Positions 55,949 through 64,000 of a stretch of 64,000 bases of DNA are shown here, piece by piece. The notes under the pieces are model-generated. The model saw only the letters and a program-made list of their open reading frames with translations, was not told the DNA's origin and searched no databases. Position 1 is the stretch's first letter. Every line of letters starts with the position of its first letter. A program made the translations under genes and the position numbers. Source of the stretch: Clostridiales bacterium (GTDB taxonomy: Bacteria; Bacillota; Clostridia; Christensenellales; UBA1750); the NCBI GenBank assembly GCA_015056005.1, contig SVHB01000001.1, positions 18,799 to 82,798 on the forward strand, in the 5' to 3' direction.

Positions 55949-58055
55949 AGTCTGTAAAAGGGAAATCCGATTTATTGGCGGGGATAAAGATGTCGTTGGT
56001 ATCAAAAAGCCTGAGGGTTTTGTCGGCTTCATAGAAGAATCCGCCCACGGGGTCTTCGCCTTCTATCAGATCAAAAAAGAAGATCGCATTACCTTCGTTA
56101 TAGATATCTGCTTCATAGGTGGATGTGACCGAAATGCCCGCAGATGAATCAACGTAGGTGTATTGATCGCCGCTAAAGAAGATGGCTTTACTTCCGTCTT
56201 CTGTGCTCCAGTCGCCGCTTACTATGATCACGGAATCCGTTTCTTCCGATACGGCTTCTCTTTCAAAAATGAAGAAACCTGAGGGGGATTCCATATACAG
56301 CTCATCGGTCCCGGATCTCTCATCATACCTCATATAGCCGGTGTACTGCTCGCCGTCGATAAAGGCTGAGACTGTATGCCCGTCGTAGGTATATGTGCCT
56401 GTATGGGAATGATGGTTATTGTCGTTGCTGTAATAAAAAGTACCGTCTTCATAGAGGAAAAAACGTATCCTGCCGTCGCGCATTATCCAATCGTGCACTA
56501 TTGAGCCTTGAACCTTTGGCGTATCGGGCGTTGGCGCGGGGGCGGGTGAATTGCTCTGCTGTTTTTTGGCAGCGCCTGCAATTCTGTCTGCGGAAGCAGA
56601 GTTTTTTTGTGCCGTCTCAAAATCTGAAATATTGAATTTATTAAGATCGGAAAGCAATAAATCAAGATCGCTTATAGACTGCGCAAATGCGCCCTTCATT
56701 TCGCTGTCCGCGCCCAAGGCTTTATATGCCTCTATTCCGGCAACGACATACAAGGATGTCAGGCTGTGCATCTGCTTCAGATAATTGCTTTTGGCGGCGG
56801 GATCGGATGCTTTATTATAATAACGCCTGATAGCTTCGTATTCCGAGCGGCAAAGCTTCTGTATTTCGAGCTGCCGCATTGCTTGAATTACGGAAGATAT
56901 TTCGTCTGTTTTGCCCATGATCATATCATATCCATCCGTAATAAATTCAAGAGCTTTTAAGAGATAATCTTCCTGCTCGAGTACATCGCCGCTTGCAAGA
57001 TCGTCTGCAAAGCCGCTCAGGAAGGTACCGGCAATTTTGGTGGTCTCAGATACTGCGTCATCGTAATTTCCAAGGGTCAGCCCAAGCGCAAGCTTTATCG
57101 GTGAATTATTGTCATCAAGCCCGGAGTTGATGAGGCTCATAGCCTGTATCAGGCTGTCATTCATCTCGCTGCGGGCGTTCAGAAAGGCGATGAGCTCCCT
57201 GAATTCCGTTACCTGAAGCAGATCCACTGCTTTTGAGGTCTCGTTTATTACGGTTTCTCCAAGATCAAGCGTGGGGATAAGATCGGTGAAATCGGGATGA
57301 AGCTTGGGATCAAGTAGCGCTTTGGCGGCGTCATAAGTAAGCCCCGCTTCTGCGATCAAATAGTTAAGCAGATCAAGTTCAGCCTGATCTTTTTCAAGAT
57401 CATATGATGTGACCGACGTGGTCGAGGTGAGGATCGAATAAAGTGCATCCTGATACTGGCTCATCTGCGCCTGACCTGTGGCATAACCCGCAAGGCTGAA
57501 CACGCTGTTTTTCAAGGCGTCCAGAACGAACATGCTGGTTCTGTCGGTCAAAAAATACTTGCTGTTCTGCCAGTTGGAAAGATTGACCGCGGGGTCTTTG
57601 TATATGCCGTTCATAAGATCCGGCAGAGAAGATAAATTATCCGCTAAAGTGACCGTAAGAACCTTGGTATCTTCGTGCTCATAATACGACGAGCTCAACG
57701 AAAAAGCATTTAAGGTATTTTCCATCGGCAGATAAACCTTGCCGTCAACGCTCAAATAATCATTTTGGTCAAGAAGTATGGAACCTCTATCGCTTTTATA
57801 TTTCCTTTGACCGTTTGCGTCTCTGTGAAAGGAAGTATCAAATTTATCCAGAATAAAGCTTTCCGAAACATAGGTCTTACCGTCTTTGGTCACAAGAAAG
57901 CTCTGGTCGCTTGCCTTGGATGAACCCGAGAAGAGAACGGGAACGGTGATGATATACGGATCGTCTGCGCCTGCCGATGCGGTCAAGGGAAAAATCGATA
58001 TTATGATAGACAAAAACAGCGAAATCAATGCCTTTGCAGATAAATGCTTTTTCAT
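55947..58055 (-). CDS. Secreted hypothetical protein (702 aa)
   Basis: The signal peptide is MKKHLSAKALISLFLSIIISIFPLTASA/GADD. An N-terminal segment (...SVDGKVYLPMENTLNAFSL) is reminiscent of copper-amine-oxidase-N-like stalk domains. The remainder is unassigned. Confidence 0.65.
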   Translation of the reverse strand: MKKHLSAKALISLFLSIIISIFPLTASAGADDPYIITVPVLFSGSSKASDQSFLVTKDGKTYVSESFILDKFDTSFHRDANGQRKYKSDRGSILLDQNDYLSVDGKVYLPMENTLNAFSLSSSYYEHEDTKVLTVTLADNLSSLPDLMNGIYKDPAVNLSNWQNSKYFLTDRTSMFVLDALKNSVFSLAGYATGQAQMSQYQDALYSILTSTTSVTSYDLEKDQAELDLLNYLIAEAGLTYDAAKALLDPKLHPDFTDLIPTLDLGETVINETSKAVDLLQVTEFRELIAFLNARSEMNDSLIQAMSLINSGLDDNNSPIKLALGLTLGNYDDAVSETTKIAGTFLSGFADDLASGDVLEQEDYLLKALEFITDGYDMIMGKTDEISSVIQAMRQLEIQKLCRSEYEAIRRYYNKASDPAAKSNYLKQMHSLTSLYVVAGIEAYKALGADSEMKGAFAQSISDLDLLLSDLNKFNISDFETAQKNSASADRIAGAAKKQQSNSPAPAPTPDTPKVQGSIVHDWIMRDGRIRFFLYEDGTFYYSNDNNHHSHTGTYTYDGHTVSAFIDGEQYTGYMRYDERSGTDELYMESPSGFFIFEREAVSEETDSVIIVSGDWSTEDGSKAIFFSGDQYTYVDSSAGISVTSTYEADIYNEGNAIFFFDLIEGEDPVGGFFYEADKTLRLFDTNDIFIPANKSDFPFTD

Positions 58056-58064
58056 TTCATCCTC

Positions 58065-58544
58065 CTATTGCGAAAGAGAAGGCAATCCGCCTGTTAGCGC
58101 GTTTATTATGTCTGCGGAAAGAGACAGCCGGGCTTTAGAGTTTTCATCGGTCATAATGCCCGCGGTACAGACTCCTTCTGCCATCTTCAGGCTTTTTTGC
58201 TCAATGCCTGCTATGATGGAACGGTACATTTCGTCCACATGCTCCTGCGTGAAATCGTGCGGAAGCTCATTGGCTTTAGAGGAAAGCGCGGAACCGGCAT
58301 CGGGATAAGTGATCTTTACTTTGCAGCTGCCGTTTGATACCTCGATCACTTTGACAATAGTGCTCTTGTATATCGCGTTCATCAGCTCATCGGAAACATA
58401 TGCCTCGTCTTCAAGTATCGCAGAAGAAAGCAGCTCGTCCCAAAGCTTCTGCACCGAAAGTATTTCTTCGTCAGGCTGCTTTGAACAGCCGAAAGTAAAT
58501 AATATAGCAGCTGAAATTATCAGTACCGCAATTTTTTTGCACAT
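58065..58544 (-). CDS. Putative lipoprotein (159 aa)
   Basis: MCKKIAVLIISAAILFTFG/CSKQPDEE carries a lipobox (FTFGC). It lies 10 nt upstream of, and is co-oriented with, the 702-aa secreted protein gene. Confidence 0.7.
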   Translation of the reverse strand: MCKKIAVLIISAAILFTFGCSKQPDEEILSVQKLWDELLSSAILEDEAYVSDELMNAIYKSTIVKVIEVSNGSCKVKITYPDAGSALSSKANELPHDFTQEHVDEMYRSIIAGIEQKSLKMAEGVCTAGIMTDENSKARLSLSADIINALTGGLPSLSQ

Positions 58545-58699
58545 GGCATTATCCTTCGTAAATGATATGATTATTCTGTATTGTAAAAATCATAATGTCA
58601 ATCGAACCCGATAAAGTGTTTGACGCGGTATTTATATTGATGTAAACTGTTTATACGGAAAAATAAAATGTAATTTTTGAAAAGCTGCGGAGGGATGAC

Positions 58700-59734
58700 A
58701 TGAGCAAGATTTGGACTCCGGCGGAAAGGGCAAAAACTGCGTTGCTCTTGGGAATACCTGACGAGGTACCGACTTTTGAGCTCGAATTTCAGCTGGCGGA
58801 GAAGCTTTTTGGATATCCGCTTTGGGATGAAAGGCTGACAAAAGAGAATTATATGAGAATGTCCGATGTCGAGATCGACAGGGCGGCTTTCGAGCTTGCT
58901 GAAAAGTATTTCAGGGTATACGGGGATAAAACCGCATACGATGTGGGCGGCTCTGCCATATCCGGCGATCCCGAGAAGGACGCTCGCCCGGGGCTTGATT
59001 ATGCCATAATTCCCGCATATAATCCCGATTGGACTGATACGGATTCGCCTGCGACAAAGGCTTTCAGAAAGCATCTTAGGTCGTTTGTGGGCGATACGCG
59101 GCTTTTTGGCGGGCATGGTGACGGAACCTTTGCTATACCTTCGGGCAGTGAGATGTATGAATTCGCCTATTCGATCGCCGATGACCCCGATTCGGTCAAG
59201 GAAAAGGCTCACAAGATGGCTTTGGAGGCAATAGAGCGTAACAAGCGCCAGAGGGATGCGGGGATGGACGTTGCCCTGCTTTGCTCGGATTACTGTTATA
59301 ACTCGGGGCCGTTTTTATCTCCGCAGATGTTTGATGAATTCATAACCCCGTACCTTCATATGATCTGCAAGGCGGGCAGGGAAGACGGGCTTTTCGTCAT
59401 CAAGCATACTGACGGCAATATTATGCCGATAATCGATTCTCTGATCGATGCGGGCCCTCATGCGCTGCATTCTCTTGACCCCATGGCGGGGGTTGATATC
59501 CGTGAGGTCAAGGAAAAGTACGGCAAAAGGGTCGCTCTTTGCGGAAACGTGCACTGCGCCGCGCTCCAGACGGGAACGGATGAAGAGGTAAGGCAAAGCG
59601 CCGAGTATTGCCTGACTTACGGAAAAGAAGGCGGCGGCTATATTTTTGCCACCAGCAATATCCCCTTCAAGGGCATGCCGCCCAAGCGGTATGATTTTAT
59701 ACTGGATATCTGGAAAAAAATGAGAAAATATTAA
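58700..59734 (+). CDS. Uroporphyrinogen decarboxylase (URO-D) family protein (MtaA/CmuA-like methyltransferase type)
   Basis: 344 aa with RBS GGAGGG. The URO-D-family core is ...FVIKHTDGNIMPIIDSLIDAGPHALHSLDP...ALCGNVHCA... Confidence 0.7.
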   Translation: MSKIWTPAERAKTALLLGIPDEVPTFELEFQLAEKLFGYPLWDERLTKENYMRMSDVEIDRAAFELAEKYFRVYGDKTAYDVGGSAISGDPEKDARPGLDYAIIPAYNPDWTDTDSPATKAFRKHLRSFVGDTRLFGGHGDGTFAIPSGSEMYEFAYSIADDPDSVKEKAHKMALEAIERNKRQRDAGMDVALLCSDYCYNSGPFLSPQMFDEFITPYLHMICKAGREDGLFVIKHTDGNIMPIIDSLIDAGPHALHSLDPMAGVDIREVKEKYGKRVALCGNVHCAALQTGTDEEVRQSAEYCLTYGKEGGGYIFATSNIPFKGMPPKRYDFILDIWKKMRKY

Positions 59735-59737
59735 CGC

Positions 59738-59771
59738 AAAAAAGCGATCCGAACAGCTCGGATCGCTTTTT
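59738..59771. terminator. Bidirectional terminator between the URO-D family gene and ligA
   Basis: AAAAAGCGATCCGA-ACAGC-TCGGATCGCTTTTT. Confidence 0.85.
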
Positions 59772-59772
59772 G

Positions 59773-61764
<1,992 letters not shown>

Positions 61765-61801
61765 TCATATTATCCCTCTTGGCCTGTTTTGAAAGCAAAA
61801 A

Positions 61802-64000
61802 TCATAATCTGGTCAACGGTGCGATGGCTGCGGCAAGGTCCTTAAAACCTCTGTTTTCAAATGCAACCTTGACCATCTGCTTTGAACCCTCGCCTCTGAC
61901 CGCGATCACGGTGCCGTTTCCGAACGTGGGATGGCTTACCTTATCGCCGATCTTATAATCCTGAGACTTGGTGCCGTCTATCTTTGCCGAGCCCGAATTA
62001 AAGGACGAATTGAAAGAAGCGTTCTTGGGCGCCGCTTTGGGCATCTGAGGTCTTCTGATCTGGGCCTGAGCGCCTGAACTCATGCTGTTTCTTTGGGGAG
62101 CGTCGCCTTCCAGACCGCTTGCAAGGTCGCGCACCTTCTTGTGGGAAGGATCGATCTCCTTCAAGAATCTTGAAGGCGGGTTCATCTGCGACATGCCGTA
62201 AAGGCTGCGCTGCTTTGCGTGAACTATTGAGACCCTCTTTTTGCCCCTTGTTATGGCAACATAGCAGAGCCTTCGCTCCTCTTCCAGCCTGTCGGGGTCT
62301 GTCAGCGAGCGGTTGGACGGGAATATGTTTTCCTCTGCGCCCAGAATGTATACATGCTCAAATTCAAGACCCTTTGCGCTGTGCATGGTCATAAGGGTTA
62401 TTGCGCCGTGTTCGCCTATCTCGTCGCTGTCGGAAACAAGGGCGACGTTTTCAAGGAAGGCTTCAAGGCTGGTATCCTCGCTTTCGGATACGAAGCGCTC
62501 AACTGCGCCGATAAGCTCGTTTATATTTTCGAGCCTTGCGATGCTCTCATCATCGGTCTTGAACTCAAACTGCGCCTTGTAGCCGCTGTCGATGACGATC
62601 TTTCTTACCAGTTCATCGACCGACAGCATTTCCTTTGCGGCAAAAAGATCGGTCAAAAGCTCACCGAACTGATCTATCGACGCTTTGACCTTGGGCTTTA
62701 AGCCGGGAACAAGCTCTGTATCGAGGATAACGCCGCAGAGCGATTCGCCGTTGTCGATCGCCGCGTCCATGAGCATATCGATCGTTACATCGCCGATGCC
62801 GCGCCTTGGCATGTTGATTATCCTAAGCAGGCTCACCTCGTCGCTTGGGTTTGCGATCAGCTGCATATATGCGATGATATCCTTGATCTCCTTGCGGTCG
62901 TAGAATTTATGACCCGAATATACCCTGTAGGGCAGACCGGCTCTTACCAGATGCTCTTCGATCACTCGCGACTGAGCGTTGGTGCGGTAAAGCACGGCGA
63001 TCTCGTTTGGCGGGACCTTGTAATCCTTTATGAGCTTGCCCATTTCGGTAACGCACAGCCTTGCTTCGTGCCGCTCGTCCCTGACCGTTACATCCTGCAC
63101 AAGCTCGCCCATGGGCTTGTCACTCCACAGGCGCTTTTGCTTTCTGCCGAAATTATTGCGGATAACTGAGTTTGCGGCTTCGAGTATATGCCCGGTCGAG
63201 CGGTAATTCTGCTCCAGCTTGATGGTCGTGCAGCCGCCGAAATCCTTTTCGAACTCAAGAATGTTCCTGATATCCGCGCCGCGCCAGCTGTAAATGGACT
63301 GGTCGTCGTCGCCCACCACGCAGACATTTCCGTATTCACCGCTCAAAAGCTTTACAAGCATATACTGGGGCACGTTGGTGTCTTGATATTCGTCCACCGA
63401 AATATACATGAATTTCCTGCGGTAATAATCAAGCACGGGCGGGTTTGCGGCAAAGAGCTCGAGCGTTTTTATGAGCAGATCGTCAAAGTCAAGCGCGTTG
63501 TTCGCTTTGAGCGCATTTTCATAGGAAATGAAAATATCGTGTATCCTGCTTGCCTTAAAATCCTTGTCGGACTGACTGAACCACTCGTTTGCCGATAGCA
63601 TACGGTTTTTGGCGTCGGATATAATATACTTGATATCCTTGGGAACATAGACCTTGTCCGAAAGGTCCATCTTCTTTATCGTTTCTTTTATGAGGGACAT
63701 GGTTGCTTCTTCATCGTAAATGGTGAAGGAGCGGGTGTAGCCGAGCTTTTCTATGTCCCTGCGAAGGATGCGGGCGCACATGGAGTGGAAGGTCGCGACC
63801 CAAATATCCTTCGATTCCTCGCCAAGCATGCCCTCGAGCCTTTCACGCATCTCCTTTGCGGCCTTGTTGGTGAAGGTTATGGCAAGGATGTTGTAAGGGC
63901 GCACGCCTTTGTCGCGGATAATATGCGCAATGCGCATGGTCAGCACTCTTGTCTTTCCGCTGCCTGCGCCTGCCAAAATCAAAAGCGGGCCTTCGGTAGT
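61802..64000 (-). CDS. pcrA: ATP-dependent DNA helicase PcrA (UvrD/Rep superfamily 1), N-terminus beyond the window end
   Basis: The Walker A motif is AGAGSGKTRVLT, and the frame is still open upstream to position 64000. It has DEYQDTN and helicase motifs III-VI. It lies immediately upstream of ligA, as in many Firmicutes. Confidence 0.9.
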   Translation of the reverse strand, partial: TTEGPLLILAGAGSGKTRVLTMRIAHIIRDKGVRPYNILAITFTNKAAKEMRERLEGMLGEESKDIWVATFHSMCARILRRDIEKLGYTRSFTIYDEEATMSLIKETIKKMDLSDKVYVPKDIKYIISDAKNRMLSANEWFSQSDKDFKASRIHDIFISYENALKANNALDFDDLLIKTLELFAANPPVLDYYRRKFMYISVDEYQDTNVPQYMLVKLLSGEYGNVCVVGDDDQSIYSWRGADIRNILEFEKDFGGCTTIKLEQNYRSTGHILEAANSVIRNNFGRKQKRLWSDKPMGELVQDVTVRDERHEARLCVTEMGKLIKDYKVPPNEIAVLYRTNAQSRVIEEHLVRAGLPYRVYSGHKFYDRKEIKDIIAYMQLIANPSDEVSLLRIINMPRRGIGDVTIDMLMDAAIDNGESLCGVILDTELVPGLKPKVKASIDQFGELLTDLFAAKEMLSVDELVRKIVIDSGYKAQFEFKTDDESIARLENINELIGAVERFVSESEDTSLEAFLENVALVSDSDEIGEHGAITLMTMHSAKGLEFEHVYILGAEENIFPSNRSLTDPDRLEEERRLCYVAITRGKKRVSIVHAKQRSLYGMSQMNPPSRFLKEIDPSHKKVRDLASGLEGDAPQRNSMSSGAQAQIRRPQMPKAAPKNASFNSSFNSGSAKIDGTKSQDYKIGDKVSHPTFGNGTVIAVRGEGSKQMVKVAFENRGFKDLAAAIAPLTRL

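Overview
This window looks like a chromosomal segment from a Firmicutes/Clostridia-type anaerobe. That placement is an inference from the pcrA-ligA pair, the SLH wall anchor, YesL and Hsp33, and the Gram-positive-style RBSs and terminators. The left third (2.2-23.2 kb) is an ordinary plus-strand run of carbohydrate-utilisation and housekeeping genes. It holds three large glycoside-hydrolase-like proteins (two are paralogues), an M20 amidohydrolase, YesL, a SAM methyltransferase, Hsp33, a divergent GuaA, a GDPD phosphodiesterase, an XRE/SLOG pair, a radical-SAM/SPASM protein, an FAD oxidoreductase, a reading frame broken by one in-frame TAA, and ribulokinase. A tRNA-Arg(CCG) and an Avd-like four-helix-bundle gene sit at the left end. 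The right end holds a small HTH protein, a secreted-protein/lipoprotein pair, a URO-D family protein, ligA and a 5'-truncated pcrA. The outstanding feature is one uninterrupted 30,876-nt ORF (24520-55395, 10,291 aa, about 48% of the window). It is translationally coupled (ATGA overlap) to an upstream membrane-anchored TPR protein and is bounded by its own promoter region and terminator. The giant protein has a Sec signal peptide, a beta-helix-like N-terminal tip, and about 15 kb of 53-54-aa Gly/Ala/Val repeats, including a six-fold ~230-aa higher-order repeat. These are followed by a ~1,070-aa non-repetitive core, Asp/Asn/Gly-rich short repeats, a coiled coil, a Cys/His knuckle and a C-terminal SLH-type anchor. 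I read it as a novel giant wall-anchored surface fibre with a dedicated TPR partner. No CRISPR array, transposase, integrase or phage gene is visible. All family calls come from motif recognition by eye and need HMM or structure confirmation.
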